From assembly GCA_011109175.1 (NCBI GenBank), contig RDEW01000017.1, positions 434,001 through 498,000 of the forward strand: a stretch of DNA of 64,000 bases, given 5' to 3'. Shown here piece after piece: positions 24,717-36,510 of the stretch. Numbering within the stretch: position 1 is the stretch's first letter; each line of letters opens with the position of its first letter. This DNA is from Dicyema japonicum. Lineage: Eukaryota; Animalia; Dicyemida. Position numbers and translations under genes: made by a program. The notes beneath the pieces are model-generated. The model was not told where the DNA came from and did no database searches. It worked only from the letters and a program-made list of their open reading frames with translations.

Positions 24717-25149
24717 ATAATGGGTAATTCAATATCGTACTTTTAACAATAAGACAATCAAATTGCGCTCACAAACCGCAATTAAATTTTCCGATTGCAT
24801 TCTGACGTTATCAACCACTAACACATTTAAATTTCGAATTATGAGAGCTGCTTTTGGCTTGCTCTTGGCTTCTACCAAATCATGATAGAGTGTCTTCGAA
24901 AGGTTTAATTTGAGGAAATTTTTAAAATAGTGTACTTACTATTACGATCATCATGGAATTAATCACTAACCCTTGTCCCACTACAACTAGAGTGCATTTG
25001 TCAAAATCCACTAAGGAATAATCCAGTGACGTGGGGAAAGTGGACAAGATTTTATTTTATTTTTAGAATGAGAAAAAACATCGGAGAGCTTTAATGGCGA
25101 ACTTAGCAATGCAGAATTTAGTTTTTTAATAATCATGAATATAACCGAA

Positions 25150-25310
25150 AGATGTGTTTTCCAGTCCCCTCAGTTGGAGTAGGATGTATATTTTTCAAGA
25201 ATCTGCCGTTGTGAGGACTCCTCCACTGGAGTATGGAAGAGAAGGATCTTTTTTGGATTCCGGACAGGCATTATGCGTCTCCTGATTTCGGTGGATCTAA
25301 TGACGCCTTA
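25150..25310 (-). mobile_element. RTE 5'-head short element copy
   Basis: Plus strand GGACTCCTCCACTGGAGT...GGATCTTTTTTGG matches the other copies. Confidence 0.55.
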
Positions 25311-26459
25311 GGAATTAACCTTAACGAAGAGATTTATTCGATTTTACTACGAAATTACTCACGAACACTAGGTGAGTGACGCACATCGTTATCCTTAAGA
25401 TTATTAGGAAAACATGAGAATAAGATTTATCGTTTAATTAAGCGATCCTGGTGCTTACGGTTCACTTCTTCCTACGGTTTGTCATGGAATTTAACAGTAA
25501 TCACCATGAAGGGAATAACTGATAAAAAACTTAAGTTCTCCAGATAATCGACCAGGCAGCTTAGTGGTTAGAATGTCACTTTATAAAAATTCTTCTGAAT
25601 TAGATTGTCTATACTAGTTACTCCAACTAAAATCTTTTTCATTTTCTCAGTTCCTTATCTTCCTTCATTCCACTAAATAGTAGATATGTTATCCACCTGT
25701 CTCCTTATTTTGGCATGAGCTATTTCTTATTACTCAGAGACCAATCCTAAACCAAGATTTGATCTCCAAAATGTTATTTTTGTCTCATTTTGTAAACTTT
25801 AATTTAGACTTCTTTAAAGTCAGGGATCAGTCTCATATGAATCCGAACCTCGATTTGATTCCAAAAATATCATTAGTCATTTTAAACTAATGACTTTATC
25901 GACTTATTGTAATTCGAGGACCAGTCCCTTATCATCCAAAGATTACTTTGATATTAGAAGGATCAAGTTACCCAATTTCTGGATTGCCTGTTTATAAAAT
26001 TGACTTTTTGCATTGTTTCCTTTTTATAACTGTGGTAGAAGAACCATAGCTCATTGTAGCGTCTCGTTCTAATGCTTTGCCACAGGAGCTATCTCATTTT
26101 AAAGGTGGGTTAAAGAAACAAAATTATCTCATTCACCTCCAGCAGATTAAGCAAAGCCGGTGGGTAACGGGAAAGTTACTACTAAAGCTGATGTTTTCAG
26201 GAGTTACAGTGACAAATATACATACTGTCGAGTCTATTTATCTATTAATCTTTACCAAGGTTAGAAACTTGAGTTATCAAAAAATTAGTATTAATGGACT
26301 TTTGGTATGCCATGGTCACATTAAAGCACGTCCAATTCAAGAAACTAACAACAATTTCATTTTCTTCCACTTGTTCCTGTCGCAAGCAAATATCTGTAGT
26401 CCACTGGGTGCATGAAGGCAACGTTGCTGATGAATAAATTATTCACCTGGCTGAAGATT

Positions 26460-27595
26460 CCTGTTCTTCCCCATGAAGGTTTTCTTCACACGACTTCGAG
26501 TTCAAAGTTGTCATTCAGATCCGCAGCAATCAATAATAATAAGGGATTTTCATTTCACATTACACCATTGACAAATCCTAAGCCATAATTTTTCAAAACA
26601 ATAGACAGGAAAACAAGATGATAGTCTCCATCCAACTTTCTTCGAGTCCATTGACCAGTTTAGTCTCCTAAAGGCATCCGAACGCTACTTTGATTCCTCT
26701 ATATCAGTGGTTCTCAACCTTTTTTGGTCGCGGACTCCTAACATATTTATACAACTTTTTTGTCAAAAAATTATTACTTTTCTAAAAACACAATTTATTA
26801 TTAAAAAAGGAAATAAAATTCATCAGATGATGTATAATATTCTTGCTTCCAAGAACAGAAGCATTCAATCAGCGACTCAGTTGGCTCAACAAATGCTCGA
26901 CAACTTGGAACTATGGCTCTCGAAGCGGAGACTTGACACATCAGCAGCAAAGTCCTTTGTCACACTGTTTACCACCTACAAGAGACAGCTCTGTATCGAA
27001 CCAAAAGTCTTTATGAAGAACGAAGCTATCTCTATTAACAAAACACCGAAGATTCTGGGAGTAACCTTTGATCAGGGACTCACCTTTATCCGGCATGTTG
27101 AAAACAAAGTAACTTCTGCTCTGAAAAAAATGAGAATTTTAAAAGTGCTCTCAAAAACACTTAGAGATCAAACAGGGATCCTTGCCACGATTTACAAACA
27201 ATATATCAGACCAACGATGACATATGCAAGTCCTTCATGGGCAATGCAAATGTCACGATCTTCCACATTGAAACTATCTGCAATCGAGGAGACTGCAATA
27301 AAGTTAATTGGACCAGATCACAATATCCAACCCATTGAAAACTTTTTAATCGAACTAAAACGGAAACTATTGAAGGAAGCTATTCTACCGAGCTGCCCTC
27401 TATTCCAAATACAATCGAATTATCTACAATAATACAAAAATTTTGAACCGATGCCATGTCCAATGAGAAGAGCTGTTCAGGATTCTCGACCTCGCAGGAC
27501 TCGTCCTCACCTTTGTCGGTCTGGGATCACTTAGTTAGATGAGAACTTTTATTTCTTTCTCTTTGACCCAGTGATCTTGGGGTAATAATAATAAT
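26460..27595 (+). mobile_element. LINE 3' part ('...GIT*' family) interrupted near 26704 by a truncated hAT-type end
   Basis: ORF 26707-27432: TPKILGVTFDQGLTFIRHV...YKQYIRPTMTYASPSW. Ends ...CRSGIT*, then CAGTGATCTTGGGG(TAA)n. CAGTGGTTCTCAACCTTTTT at 26704 is a typical hAT terminus with no partner. Confidence 0.85.
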
Positions 27596-28644
27596 GTGTA
27601 ATAAAATTAGATACTTTGCCCTAATGAGCCCCGAGTGACATAAGGACGAATTGAAAACTTAAAGTTTCACAGTTTTGGTTCCAACGTATCGGCCTTTGCG
27701 GTACGGATACAAGGCAAGTGACTTTCTGCATTAGGTTTGATGGAGATAAACCTAAAGCCCGGTACTTTTCACTTTGCTGAGGAACGAACACTAAATACCC
27801 ACCATGACGTTTAAACTCTTATTTTATTCGCTAGGGATAAGTTAGTAAATTAAACTTCTCAAGTGATGCAAATTAGTAAGCAGTTCTCATGATTGAGAGC
27901 GCATTTTCTCTTACAATTTGTATGGAAATGAGTTCAATCAGCAATCCATCTTCTGAACTATCTCTCCTTCCTAATGCACTCAATAATTTAATGGAAACTA
28001 TAAAATAGAGTGATTTGGGTATTAAAAACCTAAAGGTTTAGAATGCAACTGGTTTGAAACTAACTGTTTTTCCTAAAATCGACTATTTTTTACTTAAGGC
28101 TTTGACTCCCACTTAAAAATCCTCAAAAACCCTTCTATTATTAAAAGAAGAGCTAGTAGCTCCACCCCTCTAATTCTCTACTCATTCAGATCAATCGCCC
28201 TAACTTTTCAAAAAATAGTGGAATTGGAGACTCAGCTACAGAACACCAAAGGCATTCAAATTTGCTTCGGTAAACAAGGTACCAAATAGCATGTCTTAGA
28301 ATTCGTATGCCAACGGTTCTGATCGAAAAACGGATATTCTATGTACCTAGTCACTAATTGCCCTACTCGAAAGTGTAAAAAAAACTTTGAAGATCATCTT
28401 TCAGAAAGTACACACGATAGGTAGTAGTCAATGTGATTCTATGCATGTTCCTAACAAAATGAAAAAATTGATTCTTTAATTCGTCAAAAGGTCTACTAGC
28501 CATCAGAACTGAAGCGAATAAAAAGCCCAAATCTGCCATCTGCCGAGTTGCCAAACACTACAATGCCTCGAGAATCAGTCTTTTTGGCAGCAATCAAAAA
28601 CATCTCTTTCCACCGGCAATTATCACTTTAACAGTTTTAATATA

Positions 28645-29398
28645 CCGTATTTGCCGGTCTATAAGTCGACCTTTTTCTTTCAAAAATTGACCTCGACTTC
28701 TACACCGAGTCATGAAATTCAACTTCATATTCATCGCATCAAATGTGATGGTAATTACTACACTCTTCACAAAAAATTCTTGCAAAGATCAATCCAATTA
28801 TTGAAGTGAATGGCATAAAATGATATCTACGTAAACATTCAGTAATTATACTTACCATATCTCAACGAATGAAATACTCTGCGAAGTTCAAACTGCAAGT
28901 TGTAAACTTTGCCGAAGAAACTAACAACTGTGCTGCCTCAAGAAAGTTTGCCGTAAATGAGAAACTAGTAAGAGATTAAAAACGCAATGCAACAAGCTAG
29001 CAGTGATGCCAAGAAACTAATGTGATAACAGAGGGAAAAGCTGCCAGCACTTGAACAAGAACTTGTATGGTGGGTCGAAGAGCAACAAAGTGTGAATTCG
29101 TCGTAACAAAAAATATGATTCGTCTGCGAGCTTTTACTTGTGCCAAACAAAGCAAGACTACCGATTTCAAAAAAACTATAAGTTGGTATTAACGATTTTT
29201 AAAAATAAATGACCTTGTGCTACGTCAAAGAACTAAACTTGCTCAGAAACTGCCTGAATATTTGGAGAATTTATTGTTTTTTAACTAAAAATAAATCACT
29301 TTCTAAGAGTTTTCAGTGTTGTTAGTCTCTCTCGGCGCGTAATATCAGGGGGTACAAAGTAAATAGTAGGGGGTCGACTTATACACCGGCAAATATGG
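28645..29398 (+). mobile_element. Internally deleted pogo/Tigger element (754 bp)
   Basis: 27-bp TIRs CCGTATTTGCCGGTCTATAAGTCGACC / GGTCGACTTATACACCGGCAAATATGG (2 mismatches) with TA target duplications. Internal MKYSAKFKLQVVNFAEETNNCAASRKF...DLVLRQRTKLAQKLP are POGK-like HTH remnants. Confidence 0.92.
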
Positions 29399-29545
29399 TA
29401 ACTCCCAACATAAAACGCAATAAAATTATAACCACACGTGGGAAGAGTAAACAAGAACCAATACTAATACAAAGTCCTCAAAATATTACTAAAAAAGTAA
29501 CTCAAACACCTCAAGAATAAAAATTGAATTAAACTAGAAATTTGA

Positions 29546-30047
29546 TTACAGACGACGTCCTCGGCGTCCGCCCTTTCTTCTGGTGGAATCAGTTGGAATG
29601 GGGGTCACGTCTTGTATTCTGCCAATGTTAAGGCCACTACGTGCCAGAGCTCTAATAGCAGCCTGTCCTCCCTGGCCAATCATTCGCTTTCTACCACAAA
29701 TCAACTAAAAAAAAACTTGATCCCTCCAGGTCCCCTAATTCTGATATGGACGGCATTTATATTCCTCTTCTTAGCCTTTTCGGCAGCATCCTGGGCAGCC
29801 AACATAGCTGCGTAAGGAGTGGCCTCATCTCTGTCGCTGGTTACCTTCATTCCCCCAGTAATGCGACAGATGGTTTGACTAGTTAAATAAATTGAGGACA
29901 ATACCTACACGAGATGTCGGTTATGTGAATAAATGTGTCGTTCTTGCTGGAGTATATATGAGCCACTCCAAAAACAATGTCGGATCCAGGCAGTTGAGCA
30001 GTCTCAGCTGCTTCTACATTTTTCAGGCGAACTTTTTTGGGAGCCAT
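29546..30047 (-). CDS. RPS14: 40S ribosomal protein S14 (uS11), 149 aa; introns 29879-29904 and 29691-29716 (26 nt each)
   Basis: MAPKK...[19 protein letters not shown]...[28 protein letters not shown]...[32 protein letters not shown]; 450 nt in frame after two GT-AG introns. Confidence 0.98.
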
Positions 30048-30559
30048 AATTCTATTAAATTAAATTTTCCCGATCGATACAAAAGGACACACTGAACAAA
30101 AATAATAAACGTGTATTTTTAAATTAATATTCAATATAAATTATGATTAATTAATATTTTATATAATTATGATATTTTCAGCTGCACTAAAAGTTTAAAA
30201 ACTTAAGCAATCAAAGTCTTTGTTTACATTAATAAATAAATAAAATTGAATAATGAAATAAAGGGGAACCAGCTCAGGGCCCAGAAGTTGAAGTCGAATC
30301 GTATGCTTAATCGTACTACGGGAGAAGTGTAGAAAGCTATTCCAAACATGTATATTTCTTCTGAGAAGGTTTATGTTCAAAGAGATGTGAACAACTTGAT
30401 AAAATTCTGCACGAAAATTTCATATAGGAGCACAGGAAGTCGGATACACTATTATTACGCAGAATATTGTCAAATACGCTCTTAGTCTCGTAGAGTGAAG
30501 GATACATTACATTTCTCAAAAACAACGTACTTTTACGGACCAGACAACATTCCAGTTAT

Positions 30560-32030
30560 TCTATTGAAAAATCTTGGAGACGAGGAGTTACCTTTCTAAT
30601 GTCGATTTTCAACCATTCGATTAACCAAAATGTGGTACCGTTATTATAGACACAGGCACTAATACAGCCAATACTGAAACCTAGAAGACCAAGAGATGAT
30701 TCAGCGTCTTTTAAACCTGTGTCACTACTATGTTCCATGTCAAAAATCCTGGAGAGGCTTGTGCTCAGGAGAATCAAAGAATTTTTACCAGAGAAACCTT
30801 TTCAACACGGATTCAAAAATGAAAGATCCAAATCTACATACAAACATTGACCGACTTCATTCGATTCGGATTTGCAAACAAGCCGAGACACTTTCAATCA
30901 GAGATCCCAAAGAAGCTAAACTTTGGATCATTAAATTCATAAGTGGACGAAGGGGAAGTGTATGCCTCGGAAGACTAAAATCCATTTCCGGTTGTAGGAA
31001 AAAAAGTCAAGTGGGAAAAAAGGTCAAGCGGAAAAAAAGTCAAGCTGAAAAAAAGTCAAGTTGTCTTTTTTTAGTTTATATCGCATTTTTGTGATACTAC
31101 TAGCATCTTTTAATTTTTAAAATTTTTTCAATACTTGACTTTTTTCCGCTTGACTTTTTTTCCCCTTACGTACTTGACTTTTTTTCCGCACTCCTCCATT
31201 TCACGTCTCCTCTCCAACGGAGTACCTCAAGGATCTCCTTTATCCCTGGTATGTTTAACCTCTTTCTGGCCGATCTCATGACTCTGGAATCTGACAATGA
31301 TGTTCTACTCTCTTATGCGGATGATATTGTTCTGGCTTCTCGAAATCGGGCATTCAGAAGGCCACAGAAAGGATACAAATTTACCTGGACCAGCTTAACG
31401 CCTGGATAGTGGAAACCCGGCTCATTGTGAATGCAGAGAAGTCGTCCACGTCCTTTTTTACTTCGGACAAAAGATTGGAAGGAAGACAGTCACCTTGAAG
31501 TTAAACAAGGTCGACATTCCTTTCAACAAATGTCAACGATCTTGGATATGATACTCGAAATGCATCACCACACTTAAAAATATTCTTGTGAAATGTGAAA
31601 AGAAAGCGAATGTACCAAAAAGTTTATCGGAATGTGGAATATTGGTACTCACCCGATCCTGATAAACGTTCACAGACAATGCACCGATCAATGTTTTATT
31701 ACATGCATACGGCTCGTGGGGACCGAGCATACCTTGCATATATAAGGAAGATCGAAGAAATGCAAAAGAGGGCTTTCAGAGTAACGGAGCATTGGAGTTG
31801 TAGATATCACCGAATCAGACCAACGCCTCTGGAGGCCCTTATGAAACTAGACTACAGATTACGGGTATGCGGCCCCGTAAATTCAGTCAGTCGTCCTGAA
31901 ACGATCATTCGCAGATATGAAGAAAAACAAAGTTGACGTCCGTCGCTTTTGGATTGCATCCGGGTCACGTAATAATTAGTTAAGATTTACCTGTAGAAAC
32001 AACATGTCTTTAATTCTTGTTTCAGTTAGG
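30560..32030 (+). mobile_element. LINE RT and 3' end, internally deleted and interrupted by a MITE
   Basis: KPVSLLCSMSKILERLVLRRIK; after the MITE, SRLLSNGVPQGSPLS and SYADDIVL; 3' IRPTPLEALMK...IRVT*. Confidence 0.85.
30990..31194. mobile_element. MULE/Foldback-like MITE (205 bp)
   Basis: GG..GGAAAAAAAGTCAAG termini in inverted orientation; four GAAAAAA(A/G)GTCAAG motifs on the left and three inverted on the right. Target duplication TCCATTTCC / TCCATTTCA (30981-30989, 31195-31203). Confidence 0.88.
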
Positions 32031-32089
32031 TCATTGAAGGATGCTTAGGATTTGCTAAGTCATTGAAGTGATCTTGAATGTAGGTTTTT

Positions 32090-32540
32090 TTTACCCCAAG
32101 ATCACCGGATTAGTAAAGTTAAAAGTTAACTACTAACTAAGTGATCCGTTTTCCGGGTTCTGCTCTCGTTCGGGTCCTCGAAGATCCAACAGAATTGGTA
32201 GAAACGGGGATTTCCCGCATTTTCTAGATAGTCAGATATAGAGAGTGAAAGCGGACAGCCGTTTTTATTGCCCACTGTAGAAATGACTTCACTCTCCACC
32301 TTAGGTGTTCTTTAACATTCAATACGTTATCCACAGTTATCTTATTTATTATTTTCAAGGCAGCAAGTTGTGCGGCTTCTAATTTTTGAAACGACGATTC
32401 AGAAATCATCGAGCTCCAGAGGGACATGCATATTTGATTACTGGCAGTATGTATTATCTGTAAATTTTCTGTAGTAAGAAGTGTTGTGCCCGATTGGTGA
32501 TCGTAGATTACAACGGTTATTAATCGGAAGCTCACATTTT
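32090..32540 (-). mobile_element. LINE 3' end ('...IT*' family), tail-to-tail with the previous LINE
   Basis: SFQKLEAAQLAALKII...; ends ...GKRIT* then CGGTGATCTTGGGGTAA. Confidence 0.7.
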
Positions 32541-33029
32541 GAGTTTTTTGAAGCTATTGTAGATTTGATATAAAAGCTTGACTAAGTAGTTTTGACGAGG
32601 TGTTTAAATATAAGTTAAAGGTGTTTTTTGTCCTAATTTGACTCAAGAAATAACACATAGAGTAAATGGAATATAACCCTAAGTAATCATTATAAGCAAA
32701 ATTAATTTTAAAAATTTCGTCATTTTCGCCCAATTAGTCTATTTATTTGATTAAAAATATTTTGTTAATTTTTCATTTTTTGTTCAAAATCACTTGAATA
32801 CAGCATCAGACAACAGCTAACTAAATGTTTTTTCAGTCATAAGTAGTTGCTCTTAGAATTGAAAGCGCATCTTTGACGCAGTCTAAATTAATCGCAGACT
32901 TCTCACATTTTCTTTTAAAACCAACAACATTAAAATATTCATCAATATCCTCCATCATTTTAAAAATAAAATTCACGTTGCTCTTTGGCTAGCCATTGAT
33001 GTCTGTTTAGAACACCGATTCCGATAAGG

Positions 33030-33315
33030 TGATATGGTTAAAAAGAAAGACTACATCGATGGTCATGCAGACGGAGGCCGAGAGATTCCCTCATCACGCC
33101 GTGTTAAACTCGAATCTGCTCATGTTCCGCAGCGAGTACTACTGAAGATTCGAAAAAAAGAATTAAGCCGGATAACAAAACTATTCTGTTGGAGTTTTTC
33201 GGCTAGGTTTTGATGTCTGGAAAGGACTACATTTACTCTCATGCAGATTCCTTGCCGCCATGCTAAACTTGAGTCTGCTCATGTTCCGCAGCGAGTACTA
33301 CTGAAGATTCGAAAA
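33030..33315 (+). repeat. Dispersed direct repeat (~60 bp core, two copies about 158 bp apart)
   Basis: AAACT(C/T)GA(A/G)TCTGCTCATGTTCCGCAGCGAGTACTACTGAAGATTCGAAAA at about 33107 and 33265. Confidence 0.85.
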
Positions 33316-33796
33316 GAAGGATGTAACGCAGCATTGGGGATCGGTTCGCATTCCATCAGGTCTCCGTTGAGACGTAGCGTTCTTGGAAAGTTGGTTTAAT
33401 ACCATTTTGACGTTGACGTATTAAGGATTCTGGATTCAAAGCTTGGTGTTCTAACGTAATCAGTAGAACAATTATTATTAAGCACTCTCGCCCTGCGATG
33501 GTACAAAGCATGTGGAACTTGAGAAACTAGTACAAAGTCATCTTCTTCTACTTGCCCTTGTCATACAAAAACTCTCATAGTCAACTCTCTAACAAGACCA
33601 AGAACATAAGACAAGCCAGCTGATTCATATATCATAAACACTTTTTTAATTCTAAAATAAAATAGAATGTATTATTCTAAGAATATTTGGTGTATTAAAG
33701 TCAGCCTGCCTAACTTGAAATTAATCAAAGACTCCCGAAAAAATATATTTACTTGAACATTTTTTGATATTTTTTTTTGTTAAATTTTAAAGTTAA

Positions 33797-34030
33797 TTGA
33801 GATCGAATTCAGTCCCTGCAAATATAATAATGGAAAATTACTTTAACAATGAGAACAAACCATCGTTCAGAGGAAGGCCTAGAGTCACCCTTCCTGTGGC
33901 TCTAAACAAGGATCTTAATGGAATTGGAAGAAAACTTGAATCTGCAGAAGATCTAGAAGATCAACGAACAGATGCGCAAAGCAGAGGGCGATGGAGACGC
34001 CCAGTGAAGCAAATTTCGAAACACACAAAC
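33797..34030 (+). mobile_element. RTE C-terminal fragment
   Basis: PANIIMENYF...FRGRPRVTLPVALNKDL...DLEDQRTDAQSRGRWRR. Confidence 0.85.
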
Positions 34031-34034
34031 GGGA

Positions 34035-34290
34035 CCTTATTTTATTATGATAATCCGGATAAATTGAAAAAGAAGTTAATATCGATTAATTAAGTGTATC
34101 CAGTCCATTGTCATAGAAACAGAATCCTTTCAATATCATACAAGTCCATCCGATTCAAAGGAAAAGGTAGAATTCTTCTATTTCTTGCAGCTATGAGAAC
34201 CCTTATAATGAATTAGGGATAAAAATGATCCTTTTTCATGCCAACATCAAGATCATCTGAGACAGGTGGATCACAAGATTCCACCACATT
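34035..34290 (-). mobile_element. RTE 5'-head short element copy
   Basis: GATCCACCTGTCTCAG start; ends CTGGATACACTTAATTAA, then a T-rich segment and TATCCGG..TAATAAAA like the 21805 copy. Confidence 0.6.
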
Positions 34291-35265
34291 AAAAAGAAAC
34301 GAGGAAAAACAGAATAAACAAAAAGAAATAATTCAGCGACGGCCCTAACTACGTGTATTCCCTTTCAGGTTTTCTAGCGAGATTCGCACATATAGCTAGT
34401 AGCGCTTGCGGAGATCTCCAATGCGTGTCAAAATCCAATTTTCTAGTCGACCCGCGAATTCAAACTTCAAGGGCGCTATGGAACTATAAGTTCTTACTGC
34501 AAGTTGGACAAACATAACATTGTCTTGTAGGACAGCAAAAAATGTGTTCACAAAAGTTAAAAATTTGAATGAGAAAATATTCCAAATTTGCCAGGAGATT
34601 GATAGACCATCCAAGAGTTTACTAATGAATCCCATTCTTAACAATAAACCTGGGGTAATTAGTATCCCATTCTTAATAAATGCATGAAAATGTTCCAAAT
34701 ATAACTTATGATATATCTAGGTTACTGGACTCAAAAAGTTGTTGAAAGAATAAACAGGGTTCCATTAAGCACTCGAAACCTCAGGTAGTAAATAATGAGT
34801 GTTGAAAAGGAAGGTATTCTTGATGTTTACTTGAAATGATTTGGGCCAAAAGGGAAATTAAAACTTTTATCTGATTATTTTTAAATCAAAAGGCTTAAAA
34901 CCACAATTATGCTAATATTTGCTGGTTTCTATTATTTAATAATACTTATCAACATAACTACACATCAATCAGTCAGCTTAGTCGTAGCCTACTGATTGGT
35001 AGTGTTTAGTCCCTAACTGACTACTTGGTCGAAGGTTTCTCTTCCTCTGTTTCTTATCTGTTCTCATCGTACTAGAGTTACGCTATTTGATCCAGCTGTC
35101 TCGAATGATACTCAAAATCGAGATTGAGAAAAAGGCTTTTCTCCAGTGTATTGGACGGGTTTCTAAAACAATAAAAGACTGATGTGTTCTTTTCCATTAG
35201 TTCTAGATGAACTTGTATGTGACATTGACTCTGCTTCTCTGACCATGAGAACTAAATACGTTTAA

Positions 35266-35811
35266 TTAGTCGTTTTTTATTAACATCTTTTTAAGTGTAT
35301 CAATGCTAACAAATAGATTGTACCACGGGTATTCTAGTGTGGAGATCTGCGAGAGACCGATAGAAAGGAACTGACGGAAATCTTCACTATGGGTGATTGT
35401 ATTTGACTGTCCGGGTAACTTTTTCGGGAACAACTCATCGGTTAAAATTAAAATAACAACGATTAGGAAAGGAACATTAACATGAGGGTTTGTTATATTC
35501 AAAATTAGTAAATTATCAACTTCTCCCAGACTCATCAATTTTGACGGAGTTGATAACTTTGACGAACATGTCATATCTACACTTAAATTTGGATTTACAA
35601 GTTGTCTTCGTTGGTTCTAAAATAATTCATATTCCTACATTTTGAATTTATCCTGAGCTTGGACGAAGCTGAAATTCACAGAAAGCTAATTTACCTGTCA
35701 ATGTTGACTCCACATGTGAAGTTACTTTGAGCTTCAATTTCTTCCAACATTTTATCCTAAATTTATCCAAAAGTCTACAATTTGGTATCTATTCATTAAT
35801 TCGTTCCACAT
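35266..35811 (-). CDS. Unidentified multi-exon gene; clear introns 35757-35778 (22), 35669-35694 (26), 35617-35638 (22), 35577-35598 (22); 3' structure uncertain
   Basis: Four GT-AG tiny introns join an ATG-started frame MWNELMNRYQIDKMLEEIEAQSNFTCGVNIDSFVQAQDKFKITNEDNLYDMFVKVINSVKIDESGR. It either stops at 35516 or continues into the open frame of ORF 35266-35574. Confidence 0.55.
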
Positions 35812-36081
35812 TTTCAAATATTTATATCAATAAAACCGCAAATTGCATAATTGAACACTTTTGAGTGATCTCAACAATCTGAGTTAAATATTATCACGGA
35901 TTGGTCTTGTAAATATTTTTTCACTGTTTTTAGCGGTAGAGGCATATTTATTCACTTATTATAATTGTGAGAGAAATCATTGCCAATAATTGGCTAATTT
36001 GTCTTATTTGTAAAGTATATAGATTCCACAGTAAAACCTGCTGAGCCTTTAGGTAATACTAGTTAATCACAGAACTAATTA

Positions 36082-36510
36082 GTCAAAGTAGTAAAGCCTC
36101 TAAACTTTATTTGTCAGCTAGTTGAGCCTGTAGAGTTTATTTGTCAAGATAGTAAATCCTGTAGTGTTTATGGGTCAAATTGATAGAGCCTGTAGAAAAA
36201 TAGATCAAGCTACTAGAATCGGTAGAGGTTATTGGTCAAGATAGTAGATCCTATAGTGTTTATGGGTCAAATTGATAGAGCCTGTAGAACTATAGGTCAA
36301 GCTACTAGAGTTGGTAGAGTTTATAGGTCAAATCGGTAGAGCCTTTATAGCTTATTGGCCAAGATAGTAGAGTCTGTAGTGTTTATGAGTCAAATTGGTA
36401 GAGCCTGTAGAACTATAGGTCAAGCTACTAGAATCGGTAGAGGTTATTGGTCAGATAGTACATCCTGTAGTGTTTATGGGTCAAATTAGCAAAGACGGTA
36501 ATCGGTAGAG
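36082..36510. repeat. Minisatellite of ~14 units of 30-31 bp with a ~92-bp higher-order period
   Basis: Units begin GGTCAA: GGTCAAGATAGTAGATCCTRTAGTGTTTATG / GGTCAAATTGRTAGAGCCTGTAGAACTATA / GGTCAAGCTACTAGARTYGGTAGAGKTTATW, recurring in order. Confidence 0.92.

Noticed and set aside
27900-28600. Coding-looking sequence including ORF 28363-28554
   Set aside because: Multiple stops in all frames, no recognisable motif and no consistent intron chain.
36082-36510. CRISPR-like array
   Set aside because: Units are contiguous variants with no unique spacers, there are no cas genes, and the context is eukaryotic.
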